Positions 38,851-48,577 of a stretch of DNA of 64,000 nt are shown here, one piece after another. The position numbers and the translations under genes were made by a program. The first letter of the stretch is position 1. Each line of letters opens with the position of its first letter. This stretch comes from a virus (lineage: Duplodnaviria > Caudoviricetes), in IMG/VR virus record IMGVR_UViG_3300008255_000098; one strand, 5' to 3'. A model generated the notes under the pieces. It ran no database searches and was not told the DNA's origin. It saw nothing but the letters and a program-made list of their open reading frames with translations.

Positions 38851-38977
38851 AAGTCAGAATATGCAACGCAGGGCCAAGAGCCCACTATAGACGCCACAAT
38901 AAAATTAAGTCGAACTTTGGTACATTTCATTAGTGACAGGTCGCTAAAAATATTCTAAAATAACCACAGAGAAAAAT

Positions 38978-39808
38978 ATGGTCGATAGAGATAAACAACA
39001 AACAGACGAATTTAAAAAAGCAAACTCAAAAATTGTAACAGTTGGTGGAGAAAAAAAACTTCTATTAATGGACGATGATGAACCTAAAAATTCTGATGAG
39101 GAAATTGATTTACAGGAAATAATTGAAACTTTGGTCAGAGAAGCTTTGGAAGAAAACGAATTGTACAAGGATTATAATAAAAAAAAACTTTGTGAAGGAT
39201 ATATTGACGAAGCTGAATTCCCAAATGGTTTCAATATAGAAGAATTCAATAAAATTTCAAGTTTTAAAAATCGTGTCTCATATGCTAAAAAACATCTCCA
39301 GCGAGTTGCTGGTGGTTCTGGCAGAGTAGTCTTTGTAGTAGACCCAGAAACAGTTGTTAAAATTGCATTAAATAAAAAGGGCCAAGCTCAAAATAGTGCA
39401 GAATGGGACATTAGCAATATGGGGTATTCTGCTGTAACAAAGGTAAAAAATGCGGACACAGACAAATATTTGTATCTAGAAGTTGAACGAGCAAAAAAAC
39501 TCAACATGCGTGATTGGAAAAAAGTAACTGGTTGGAATTTTTATGACTGGATGGCTGTATTGAGAAATTACGTTGATGAACGTTTTAATAAAAAACGGGC
39601 TAGGAACATTGTTCCTGAAGACTTTGAAGAAATTGAAGAATCAGAACTTTTTTTAACCATTGTTCAAATGATTACAGATTTTAACATGCCAGCTGGTGAT
39701 ATACAGCGACCTTCCTCTTGGGGTATTGTTGAAAGAGACGGCGCAGAAACTCCTGTTTTAGTTGATTACGGATTGACTGGCGAAGTATATAAAAGCTACT
39801 ACAAATAG
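38978..39808 (+). CDS. protein kinase-like fold protein (paralog of 8029)
   Basis: VAGGSGRVVF, VVKIA, SAE, AGDI and LVDYG motifs; leader-like LQEIIETLVREALEE. Confidence 0.7.
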   Translation: MVDRDKQQTDEFKKANSKIVTVGGEKKLLLMDDDEPKNSDEEIDLQEIIETLVREALEENELYKDYNKKKLCEGYIDEAEFPNGFNIEEFNKISSFKNRVSYAKKHLQRVAGGSGRVVFVVDPETVVKIALNKKGQAQNSAEWDISNMGYSAVTKVKNADTDKYLYLEVERAKKLNMRDWKKVTGWNFYDWMAVLRNYVDERFNKKRARNIVPEDFEEIEESELFLTIVQMITDFNMPAGDIQRPSSWGIVERDGAETPVLVDYGLTGEVYKSYYK

Positions 39809-39809
39809 T

Positions 39810-41834
39810 TTAAGCAACTTCTTTTTTGTATGCGTGCAAAATATTTGGTATAAACTTTTTATATCTAAATTTTTTACTTAGCAACATGGACATAAGTTTT
39901 TCATAAGAGTTGATATCTTCCCAAGTTGTCCCTCTCCCAAAAAATATTTTTGCCATTTCATTTGGGTCTGTTGTAATCGGCTCATCTGATAGTTTTATTT
40001 TCTGCACATTTTTTTGTCGTCCAGTAGGTAGAACGGTTTTAATTTTTTGTTTTCGCATCCCATCTCTAAAATTCAAAACAAAACGAATATATTCATCTTC
40101 GTTTTCTGTTGGCAACTTAATTTCTCTAGCAATGTTACTCAACAACTTGTTTCTGTCCCTTGCTTTATAAGAACTATCTTTAGGAGCCCCTGAGTTAACA
40201 TCCGTCATCCACTGAAGATTTCCTACAAATATATCTACTTGAATAAATCCTGGTTCATCTCCACGAGACCCGTCAGATAAAAAGTTATTTATTTGTTTGT
40301 TTGAACTATCTACCAGCGGCGCTAAAATATGAAATTGACTTAACCCTTTGTTAATTGAATATTTCTCAGCGTCGCTTGTTTGTAACAGCCTATCAAGGCT
40401 ACTCCAAATATTTTTTTTGTCTTTTGAGGAAACTCCTAAAAATTTTGCTAAGTCTTTGCCGTCAATTGCAACGTCTATGTCGTTAAAAAATTCTTTTGTT
40501 TTATTACCAACAACATTGAATGGAATCCCGCCTAATCCACTATTTTTTAGTGCATTTGCTATAGCTGGCTCTAAAAGTGCTTTTGGAACTACAGAATTCA
40601 TTTCATCAAATACATTGCCTCCCTCTGTAAGGAAGTGCAAAGTTTTACTAAGTTTTTGTTCTGGTAGTAGTTCTCTTTTCATAAACATCTCAGCAACTTC
40701 CTTCGGGGGAATGCCTTGGGACAGTTTATTTTTAATTGCTTTTACAAATCCAAGATTTAATTTAATATCATTTTTTGTATCTTCAACCTTACGAGGGATT
40801 GTGATCCACTGTTGGCCTGTTTTTTTGAAATCTTCTTCGGCTCTATGTATTTCTTCTTCCCAAGCAGAAAGATATTTTTCTATATTTTCTGGGTCATTTT
40901 TAATATCTTTTTTGAATGTTCTAATTGCGCTTTCAAGCATTTTTAGAAACCTTCGATTTTCATCACCCTTTTTGAGAAATTTTTCTGTGTCAACAATTTT
41001 TAGCAATTCGCCCTCTGGGTTTTTGACAACTATACCCTCTACCTCATCACCAAATTTACTAGATACGTTTTTCTGTAATATTTGTTGTTTGGCTTCAAGT
41101 CCTAAATCTTGGATTGCTTTAAGAAGTTTTTGTTTCAATTCTTTTTCTGCTGGTTTACGAGCTGGTTTAGATAAGAAATTTCCGTGCTTTTCAATAATAT
41201 CTTCAAGCGAAACTATTATTGAAGAACTAAAATCTAGATCATGTAAATCAACATTTGGGACAGAGAAAAATTTTACTTTACTATATTTGTTAGCTTTGTT
41301 TGCAAAAGATTCCCAAATTTTTGGATTTGATAAAACGCCTGTGTTATCTTTGGAAACAGAAGTTTTCATATTAAATATTACAAGAATTCCGTTTCCAATT
41401 TTAGCCTCATCGTATATCACAATATTGTGATCATACGTTGGAACTGCCTCGCCAGCGACTTCAAGAGTATCAGTAAATTCAAAACCAAATTCTTCAGACA
41501 ACTCCTTACCTATTTCAGCCCACGGAATTTCAGATAATAACTCAAAATATTTCTTAAAACTAGTCATGAAATACAAATCTGGGATTTCCTCAGCTGAGTA
41601 CCAAATTTGTGTCTTTGAACGAAGATAAAATCTTCCGTTATCAATACCAGCCGCTCGATAACTACCGTCGATCTTTTCTGATACATGAAATTTAGCTTTA
41701 TCTAAATTCCATGCTTTTAAAAAGTTCAAAAGTTTCTGTGGAGACAATTTTTCAAGATGGACTACGCCTTCATTTAAATTTTTAAATGCTCGTGCTACTT
41801 CTTCGGTTATTAGCTTTTGTAAAAAAAATTTCAT
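39810..41834 (-). CDS. RNA-ligase-like domain fused to a Pol-beta-type nucleotidyltransferase, with leader
   Basis: ligase motifs EKIDGS, GE, EGIVVK and LKIV, no OB domain; after an internal LTE site (aa 402-404) GGNVF...NDIDVA...IQVDIF. Confidence 0.75.
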   Translation of the reverse strand: MKFFLQKLITEEVARAFKNLNEGVVHLEKLSPQKLLNFLKAWNLDKAKFHVSEKIDGSYRAAGIDNGRFYLRSKTQIWYSAEEIPDLYFMTSFKKYFELLSEIPWAEIGKELSEEFGFEFTDTLEVAGEAVPTYDHNIVIYDEAKIGNGILVIFNMKTSVSKDNTGVLSNPKIWESFANKANKYSKVKFFSVPNVDLHDLDFSSSIIVSLEDIIEKHGNFLSKPARKPAEKELKQKLLKAIQDLGLEAKQQILQKNVSSKFGDEVEGIVVKNPEGELLKIVDTEKFLKKGDENRRFLKMLESAIRTFKKDIKNDPENIEKYLSAWEEEIHRAEEDFKKTGQQWITIPRKVEDTKNDIKLNLGFVKAIKNKLSQGIPPKEVAEMFMKRELLPEQKLSKTLHFLTEGGNVFDEMNSVVPKALLEPAIANALKNSGLGGIPFNVVGNKTKEFFNDIDVAIDGKDLAKFLGVSSKDKKNIWSSLDRLLQTSDAEKYSINKGLSQFHILAPLVDSSNKQINNFLSDGSRGDEPGFIQVDIFVGNLQWMTDVNSGAPKDSSYKARDRNKLLSNIAREIKLPTENEDEYIRFVLNFRDGMRKQKIKTVLPTGRQKNVQKIKLSDEPITTDPNEMAKIFFGRGTTWEDINSYEKLMSMLLSKKFRYKKFIPNILHAYKKEVA

Positions 41835-41835
41835 T

Positions 41836-42351
41836 TCACTTTTTCATTTTTTGAATACGGTCATACATATCATCTTCATCTGCAACCCAATCCTCTTCTT
41901 TATCAGCAGCATCGTCTATCATCTCTGCTAACTTTATCAATTGGGCATTTGACTTTTCCATTCTTTCCATGTATTTTGATAGAATGGCACCGTGTATAGC
42001 ATGTTCGTTTGATTTGTTGTGGACATCTTTATATAAATCACCAAATAAGATATATGCATTTTTCCTGTCGCTCACAGCATTTTCATATATCTGCTTCCAC
42101 AATAGTTTTTTCTTATCCTCAAGAGAAGAAATTGTATCTAATAAAGCACTAAAATCTAGAAGTTGTTTTTCGGTATCTTTATCTAATTTTTTAATGTCTG
42201 TTGGAATAAATGTCATTTCTGGACGTTGGGCTGGAAAAGTCTGCGGAATATACTCATATCGTTTTTTATCTTTAGTCTGTTCATCATCATCGGCATCATC
42301 CAAAGCTTCACTTAATTCTTCTTCAAAAGTTTTGTTTAAATTATCTTGCAT
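41836..42351 (-). CDS. conserved hypothetical helical protein
   Basis: open frame coupled to the ligase-NTase gene; start chosen at MQDNL. Confidence 0.6.
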   Translation of the reverse strand: MQDNLNKTFEEELSEALDDADDDEQTKDKKRYEYIPQTFPAQRPEMTFIPTDIKKLDKDTEKQLLDFSALLDTISSLEDKKKLLWKQIYENAVSDRKNAYILFGDLYKDVHNKSNEHAIHGAILSKYMERMEKSNAQLIKLAEMIDDAADKEEDWVADEDDMYDRIQKMKK

Positions 42352-42452
42352 GATAGTAATTATACTCAAGAACCAGAAAGACAATATTGGTACAAAATAT
42401 TTAAATTCATTTTGTCATTCATATAAAATTCTTCTAAGATATAACTAAAACT

Positions 42453-44201
42453 ATGGCAAGAAGAACCGGCGGATCAGTATCAAGAGAAATCATTGGGGGA
42501 AATACCTCAAATGATGTTGGAAGTAGTTTAGAAAGTATAAGAACATCCGCAAGCAGCCCGACACTACAGCGGGCAGTAGTAATTGATGTTGTTATCAACC
42601 CAAACCTATTAACAGATATACACATTGAGGGAATAGCAAGTACTGTTAACAATCCAAGACTTGCTAGTGTGATGCCTCCAAACTCTATAATAGCACATAT
42701 CATAAGCAATGAGGGTGGACACCTAGCAAGGGGAAACACAATTTTATTTCCATTTTTCTCTTCGCACTTTCAGCTACCAGTTCAAGCAGGAGAAATTGTC
42801 CAAGTAATTTATGATGATTTTAGTCATGGAGGACAAAAAATAGGATATTGGCTTACCAGAACTAGCACACAAAGAACAGTAGAAGATGCGAACTATACTC
42901 ATTTAGATAGGAGATTACAGCCTTTCAATATCCCGTTAGCATTTACAGCTGAGGAGCGGCGGGATAGGTCTACTACGCAGCCAGATTTAGGATTTCCAAA
43001 TGGAGGAAGCTCCCTATCATCTTTTACTCTGCCCCAAAGTAGTTCGACAGATAATATTTTTGATAGCATATTGCGAAATGCAACTTCACACCTAGGGGAA
43101 GGGCAAACTATACCTTTGCAAACATTTGAATCTGTACCACGATGGTCAAAGCGTCCACAAGAGTTTGTATTACAAGGAACTAATAACACATTAATAGTGT
43201 TAGGAGAAGATAGAAAAGGTGGACCACTTGGCGCACGAGCAGAAAATAACCCAGATGCCAAAGGCCAAGCTGGAACAATAGATATTGTTGTCGGAAGAGG
43301 AAGAATAAAACCTGAATTAAGATCTGACCCAAATGGACTTTTTTCTGGGAATACCGCTCCATGGACCACAAGAAATTCCAGAAACAATATTGAGACTGAT
43401 AAAACAAAATTTCTAACTGTTCCTGGAACCACACGCTTAGAAGATAATATAAATGAAGGCGATCCGGATTTTACAAGAGATGCTGCTAGGCTGTATGTTA
43501 CCATGCAGTCTGAGGTTGATGTAAATTTTGGTATTACTGAGATGAACCTCACCCAAAACACTGTTCCTGATGGAGACAACAAAAATAAAATCTTGCAACC
43601 AAATATCGGGGTAAGCGGGACAATAAACAAAAGCTATATTGTTGGAAAATCAGACCACATACGTCTTATTGCTAGAAAGCAAGGGGATACAGAAGTGGAG
43701 GGAACAATATTATTGCTCAGAGAAGGAGTTTCAGAACAAGATTTAAACTATATTTATATTTCTAAGGACGGGACACATGTCGAGGGTCCAAAAATAATTC
43801 TCGGAAGAGGACTTGCAGATTTAGCTGGTAAAGGCCAAGACCCAACCCCAGGAGGTGAACCATATATAAGATGGTCAAAATATCGAGATACTATAGACCA
43901 TCTCCAAAAAGAAATTGTCGATCTTAAAGACGCATTGGCAAAACAAGACCAAGCAACATCAACCCAATTTGCTGCCCTAACAACATTATTGCAGACTGCA
44001 TTTACCGCTGCAATTGCCATTCCATTTAGCCCAATTCCTTCATTGGTAGGCGCTGCGGCAGCGATTGCAAAAACTGGCGTTGATTTGGCAGGAGAACGTA
44101 TCACAAATAAATTAACAGCAGACAACGCAGTCTCTACTGGAAAAACCAATACCGATAAATCTGTGGCAGCCTCTAAAAGTGAGAAAATTTTCGGGGAATA
44201 A
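42453..44201 (+). CDS. baseplate central spike/hub protein (gp5-like)
   Basis: N-terminal OB-like FQLPVQAGEIVQV, VLQGTNNTLIVLGEDR region; directly before the gp25 and gp6 homologs. Confidence 0.55.
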   Translation: MARRTGGSVSREIIGGNTSNDVGSSLESIRTSASSPTLQRAVVIDVVINPNLLTDIHIEGIASTVNNPRLASVMPPNSIIAHIISNEGGHLARGNTILFPFFSSHFQLPVQAGEIVQVIYDDFSHGGQKIGYWLTRTSTQRTVEDANYTHLDRRLQPFNIPLAFTAEERRDRSTTQPDLGFPNGGSSLSSFTLPQSSSTDNIFDSILRNATSHLGEGQTIPLQTFESVPRWSKRPQEFVLQGTNNTLIVLGEDRKGGPLGARAENNPDAKGQAGTIDIVVGRGRIKPELRSDPNGLFSGNTAPWTTRNSRNNIETDKTKFLTVPGTTRLEDNINEGDPDFTRDAARLYVTMQSEVDVNFGITEMNLTQNTVPDGDNKNKILQPNIGVSGTINKSYIVGKSDHIRLIARKQGDTEVEGTILLLREGVSEQDLNYIYISKDGTHVEGPKIILGRGLADLAGKGQDPTPGGEPYIRWSKYRDTIDHLQKEIVDLKDALAKQDQATSTQFAALTTLLQTAFTAAIAIPFSPIPSLVGAAAAIAKTGVDLAGERITNKLTADNAVSTGKTNTDKSVAASKSEKIFGE

Positions 44202-44217
44202 CTATAAAAGGGAAGAT

Positions 44218-44538
44218 ATGAGCGAAGATTCAAATAGAAGAAAATTAGTTTTTCAGGAAAAATATAAAAAAGCAATAGATGATATCATCGACGGTGCAAA
44301 ACAATTGTCAAAGGGAAATAAATTATTTTCACGTCACAAAAAAGAACCTTTAACTCCGGATGAAATTCTTGACGCTTCGGCCAAACTAGAGGCAGAAAAA
44401 AAAGCTGAACAAATAAGTGCTTTTTTGGAAGAAGAAGTGTTTGGGACAATCACACGACTTGAGGGCAGAGTTCAAGAGCTTGAAAACAAACTTTCTGCTT
44501 TAAGTGCAGCTAGTACTTCCAGCACACCAGGCGTATAA
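44218..44538 (+). CDS. hypothetical coiled-coil protein
   Basis: open frame between the spike and gp25 genes. Confidence 0.55.
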   Translation: MSEDSNRRKLVFQEKYKKAIDDIIDGAKQLSKGNKLFSRHKKEPLTPDEILDASAKLEAEKKAEQISAFLEEEVFGTITRLEGRVQELENKLSALSAASTSSTPGV

Positions 44539-44552
44539 AATTTAGTTGATAA

Positions 44553-44562
44553 TACTTACTTA
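44553..44562 (+). promoter_or_regulatory. overlapping tandem TACTTA motifs
   Basis: TACTTACTTA 2 nt before the gp25 ATG. Confidence 0.5.
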
Positions 44563-44564
44563 CA

Positions 44565-45038
44565 ATGGCACAATTAAGTTTTAAAAATGTTGGTGTTAGA
44601 GCGGATTCAATCCGAAACAACCCACTTGTTGTAAACCGTTCCACCCTTCCAATTGGGATTAAAACACCTTTGGAGCTAGTTGGAGGTTCAACTCTTTTTT
44701 TAACGCATACCAATATTGCTAACCAACTAGAAGATAACCTGAGAAACTTACTATTGACAAACTGGGGAGACAGGCTTGCAATTTATGATTTTGGGGCTAA
44801 CTTACAGCCATTAGTTACTGAATACAGCAACAAAGATGATTTTGATACTGAAGCTATGGTTCGAATAAACTCTACTATATCAAAATGGATGCCTTTTGTT
44901 TCTCCAATCGGCTTCGAAAGTTTTCCAGATTTAGAAGACAATCAATTCACAGGGAATATTCGAATTTTTTTGTCTTATGCTATCCCAAGATTAAATGTAA
45001 AAAACAAATTTCTAGAAATCAATTTGTTCATCATATGA
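44565..45038 (+). CDS. gp25: baseplate wedge subunit (gp25-like)
   Basis: NLRNLLLTNWGDRL...DFGANL and KWMPFV motifs. Confidence 0.8.
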   Translation: MAQLSFKNVGVRADSIRNNPLVVNRSTLPIGIKTPLELVGGSTLFLTHTNIANQLEDNLRNLLLTNWGDRLAIYDFGANLQPLVTEYSNKDDFDTEAMVRINSTISKWMPFVSPIGFESFPDLEDNQFTGNIRIFLSYAIPRLNVKNKFLEINLFII

Positions 45039-45045
45039 GTAAAAA

Positions 45046-46893
45046 ATGGTCATAAGTTCAAAAAATAAAATTCTTAAACAAATAAGAGAAAGAAAATATC
45101 TTAATAAAGATTTTGATAGTCTTAAGGCGGATCTATTAGATTACGCAAGAACAAACTTTCCAAATCAAATTAGAGATTTCTCCGAGGCGAGCTTGGGAGG
45201 CATGTTATTGGACTTTGCTGCTTATACTGGCGATGTTATGTCTTTTTATCTTGACCACCAGTTTCATGAATTAAACATTGATACTGCGGTTGAATCAGTT
45301 AACATCGAACGTATCATTAGAAAGGCTGGCGTGCCAATAGTGGGTGCATCTCCAGCTGTTTTAACTCCTTCAATAATTTTAGAAGTTCCTGCAACAGGTA
45401 ATCCTGCTGTTCCTGACCCCGAGGCATTGCCAATAATTCATGAGGGAACAATATCCAGAGCACAAAATGGAACAGAATTTGAAGTAACAGAAAATATAGA
45501 TTTCTCCGAGACAGATGGAAATGGAAATTTATTAGCAGAGATTTCCATAGGAAACCGAGATATTAATAATAACCCGACAACTTTTATTTTAACTCGTCCT
45601 AGTATTAGCATATCTGGATTTAGGCAGACAGATTCTTTTTCCGTTGGGAGCTTTCAAGCTTTCAAAAAATTTACTCTTTCAAAAGAAAATGTCACAGAAA
45701 TAATTCGAGTTACAGATAATCTTGGAAATGAATATCACGAAGTTGGATTTTTAACTCAGGACACGGTATTCAAAGCGATTAAAAATATTACTAATGATTC
45801 AGAGATGGTATCTGACAATCTTGTTCCTATTCCTGCCCCATACCGATTTATTTCAAATACTTCACTACTGTCTAGATTAACTACTTTAACTTTTGGTGGT
45901 GGTTCAGCAGTTACAATTGATGATGACATCATCCCGGACCCATCAGAGTTTGCAATTCCTCTTTATGGTAAAAAAACTTTTTCACGATTTACTTTAAATC
46001 CAGGAAAGCTATTACAAACTACTACTTTTGGTGTTTTAGCCCCAGGCAGTATTGTTACAATTGAATATAGATATGGGGGAGGGTTAAGTCATAATATTGG
46101 TATTAGACAAATTCGAGGGTTAACAAATCTTGTCATTAGTTTTCCAGGAAACCCACCAGCAGAGGTTTCCCAATTTGTTAGACAATCAATCGACGCACAA
46201 AATTTTGCACCGGCCGAGGGTGGCGAGGATGCTCCTACAGTAAATGAGTTAAAACAACGAGTGCCTGCGGTAAAGGCTTCTCAGGGTCGAATCGTCGGAA
46301 AAGAAGATTTGCTGGCTAGAATATATACCATGCCTTCAAACTTTGGAAGAGTTTTTAGAGCGTCTGTCCAACCAGACCCAAATAATCCTTTATCTGCTAG
46401 GTTGTTTATCATTTCTAGAGATAAAGATAAAAAATTAGTCACGTCCCCAGACAGCTTAAAAATGAACCTGAGGAAGTTTTTGAATTCCTACAGAATTATT
46501 TCTGACGCCATCGACATTCTTGATGTACAAGTTATTAACATCAAAGTTGAATTTTCTATTGTAGTTGATCCTGGATACAATTCAAATTTAGTATTACAAA
46601 CGGTTATTAATAGATTACGAGCGTTTTTCAATACAAAAAATTTCGAAATAAATCAACCCATCATAATAGCAGAAATACAAAATATCATTTTCAATAACCC
46701 CGGCGTTCTTGCAGTTAACAGTGTAAATATCAAAAATATAACAGGCACCGTCGGAACGACAAACCCACGTCTTTATTCGGATGTACAGTTTGACATTGAG
46801 GCTAACACCGACAGGGGAATTATTATTGGGCCTCCTGGCTCTATGTTTGAGGTAAGATATACTGGATTTGATATTTCAGGAGCTAGTATATAG
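45046..46893 (+). CDS. gp6: baseplate wedge protein (gp6-like)
   Basis: YLNKDFDSLK, DFSEASLGGMLLD, SFYLD, AEGGEDA and QGRIVGKED motifs. Confidence 0.85.
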   Translation: MVISSKNKILKQIRERKYLNKDFDSLKADLLDYARTNFPNQIRDFSEASLGGMLLDFAAYTGDVMSFYLDHQFHELNIDTAVESVNIERIIRKAGVPIVGASPAVLTPSIILEVPATGNPAVPDPEALPIIHEGTISRAQNGTEFEVTENIDFSETDGNGNLLAEISIGNRDINNNPTTFILTRPSISISGFRQTDSFSVGSFQAFKKFTLSKENVTEIIRVTDNLGNEYHEVGFLTQDTVFKAIKNITNDSEMVSDNLVPIPAPYRFISNTSLLSRLTTLTFGGGSAVTIDDDIIPDPSEFAIPLYGKKTFSRFTLNPGKLLQTTTFGVLAPGSIVTIEYRYGGGLSHNIGIRQIRGLTNLVISFPGNPPAEVSQFVRQSIDAQNFAPAEGGEDAPTVNELKQRVPAVKASQGRIVGKEDLLARIYTMPSNFGRVFRASVQPDPNNPLSARLFIISRDKDKKLVTSPDSLKMNLRKFLNSYRIISDAIDILDVQVINIKVEFSIVVDPGYNSNLVLQTVINRLRAFFNTKNFEINQPIIIAEIQNIIFNNPGVLAVNSVNIKNITGTVGTTNPRLYSDVQFDIEANTDRGIIIGPPGSMFEVRYTGFDISGASI

Positions 46894-46941
46894 TTGAGAC
46901 AAAATAGAGTCTCTGCCCTATTTAAAGAATGAAAATCAACC

Positions 46942-48513
46942 ATGTACAGAATATTAAAAGCCGACAAAGATACATACATTCAAAATAAGTACATTGCAGG
47001 ATCTCGTTCACTTGATTCTAATGTCGGGAATGCTGGTACTATTGATCTTTATAAATTATACAATGAAACAACTATTCCAGCAAGCACTAGTTCAATTGTC
47101 GAAATTTCAAGAGCGTTAATAAAATTTGATTATTCAAAACTTCAAGATCTAACTGGTAGTATTTTAGATTTTTCCACTGGTAGTTTTAGTGCAACAGTGA
47201 AATTATTTGATGTATACGGCGGACAAACAGTACCTTCAAATTTTACACTTGAACTTTTCCCACTTTCTAAATCTTTTGACGAAGGGAGGGGACAAGACGT
47301 TATTTCTTATAGAGACCTAGATGCTGCTAATTGGCTAACTGCTTCTCTGTCCCCAGAAGTTACTTGGTCGCAAGCTGGGGCGGGTGCGACAGGATCTTTA
47401 GGTGAAGATGTAGATGTTATTGTTAGCGGGAACCTTGGGTATGGACTTGTCCCCCTGGGCGTCACGCAAAACTTTAATAGAGGAGACGAAAATCTTTCTA
47501 TAGATGTTACTAGATTAGTTTCTGCAAGTTTAGCTGGTATTATTCCAAATAATGGTTTTAGAATTTCATTTTCCACTACAGAAGAAGAAAACGCTACAAC
47601 TTATTTCGTTAAAAGATTTGGAACTAGGCACTCTTTTAATAAAAATTTACATCCACAATTAGTTGTTACATATGATGATAGTATACCAGACCCAGGGTAC
47701 AAACCATTTTTTGACCTATCCTCTAGTTTATATGTGTATAATATTGCTCAAGGTCTACATAGAAATTTCTTTTCCGGGAGCACTGAGGTTGTTGGAGATA
47801 ACAGCTTATTGATGGAGTTGATATCTTCTAAAAGTGTTAAAATTATAACCTCCTCTTGGAGCCCTTCGCATAGTCAGAGCATCAATTATCTTACCAACAG
47901 TTTAGTGTATTTTTCGAGATCGTATAGTGGCAGTCAAGCTTCTTTCGGCTCTTTAGCACAAATAGGAATTTACAAATCCCCTTTTAACTTATCTTGCGTA
48001 GAAGACTCTGAGTTATTTTCTTTTGTAGGGGACCGAGAAGAAGTTCTTTTTGATGTATTTTGGAAGAGCCTTGATTCTACAGTACAATATGCCAAAAACA
48101 ATGTAGTTTTTCGTAAATTTCACGGTCATGCTAGTAACGTCATGGGGACTAACCTAGTTGCAAATATTACTAATTTAAAACACGAATATAACTCAAACGA
48201 AACTCAAAGATTAAGAGTATTTGCATCAGATTATAACCAAGAGGTTCCAGGGTTTAAGGTCCCAATTTCTCTGAAGTCTGTTATTATCCCTGATATGCGG
48301 TGGCAGCTTATCAAAGCCTGGACAAGAGAAATAATCATTCCGTGGGGTGCTGCAACAAAAATGTCTACAGACGTAGATGGAATGTATTTTGATTTCTACT
48401 TTTCAGATCTTGAGACAAATGAAGTTTATGAAATAGAACTTTTGTGCGGCGCTGGCCTTGGAAGAGATGTCACAATTACGAATCAGGGATTTCGATTTAA
48501 AATTTTGCCATAA
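46942..48513 (+). CDS. virion structural protein (baseplate-associated)
   Basis: ADKDTYI...SRALIKFD...NGFRI pattern; TATTTA at 46919. Confidence 0.6.
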   Translation: MYRILKADKDTYIQNKYIAGSRSLDSNVGNAGTIDLYKLYNETTIPASTSSIVEISRALIKFDYSKLQDLTGSILDFSTGSFSATVKLFDVYGGQTVPSNFTLELFPLSKSFDEGRGQDVISYRDLDAANWLTASLSPEVTWSQAGAGATGSLGEDVDVIVSGNLGYGLVPLGVTQNFNRGDENLSIDVTRLVSASLAGIIPNNGFRISFSTTEEENATTYFVKRFGTRHSFNKNLHPQLVVTYDDSIPDPGYKPFFDLSSSLYVYNIAQGLHRNFFSGSTEVVGDNSLLMELISSKSVKIITSSWSPSHSQSINYLTNSLVYFSRSYSGSQASFGSLAQIGIYKSPFNLSCVEDSELFSFVGDREEVLFDVFWKSLDSTVQYAKNNVVFRKFHGHASNVMGTNLVANITNLKHEYNSNETQRLRVFASDYNQEVPGFKVPISLKSVIIPDMRWQLIKAWTREIIIPWGAATKMSTDVDGMYFDFYFSDLETNEVYEIELLCGAGLGRDVTITNQGFRFKILP

Positions 48514-48559
48514 CTAATTTTCAAATTACTAATTCATTTCTAAAAATAAGTTAGTTTCC

Positions 48560-48565
48560 TATTTA
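48560..48565 (+). promoter_or_regulatory. putative late promoter motif TATTTA
   Basis: 12 nt upstream of the 1144 aa baseplate gene. Confidence 0.5.
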
Positions 48566-48577
48566 TACTAAATCCAA

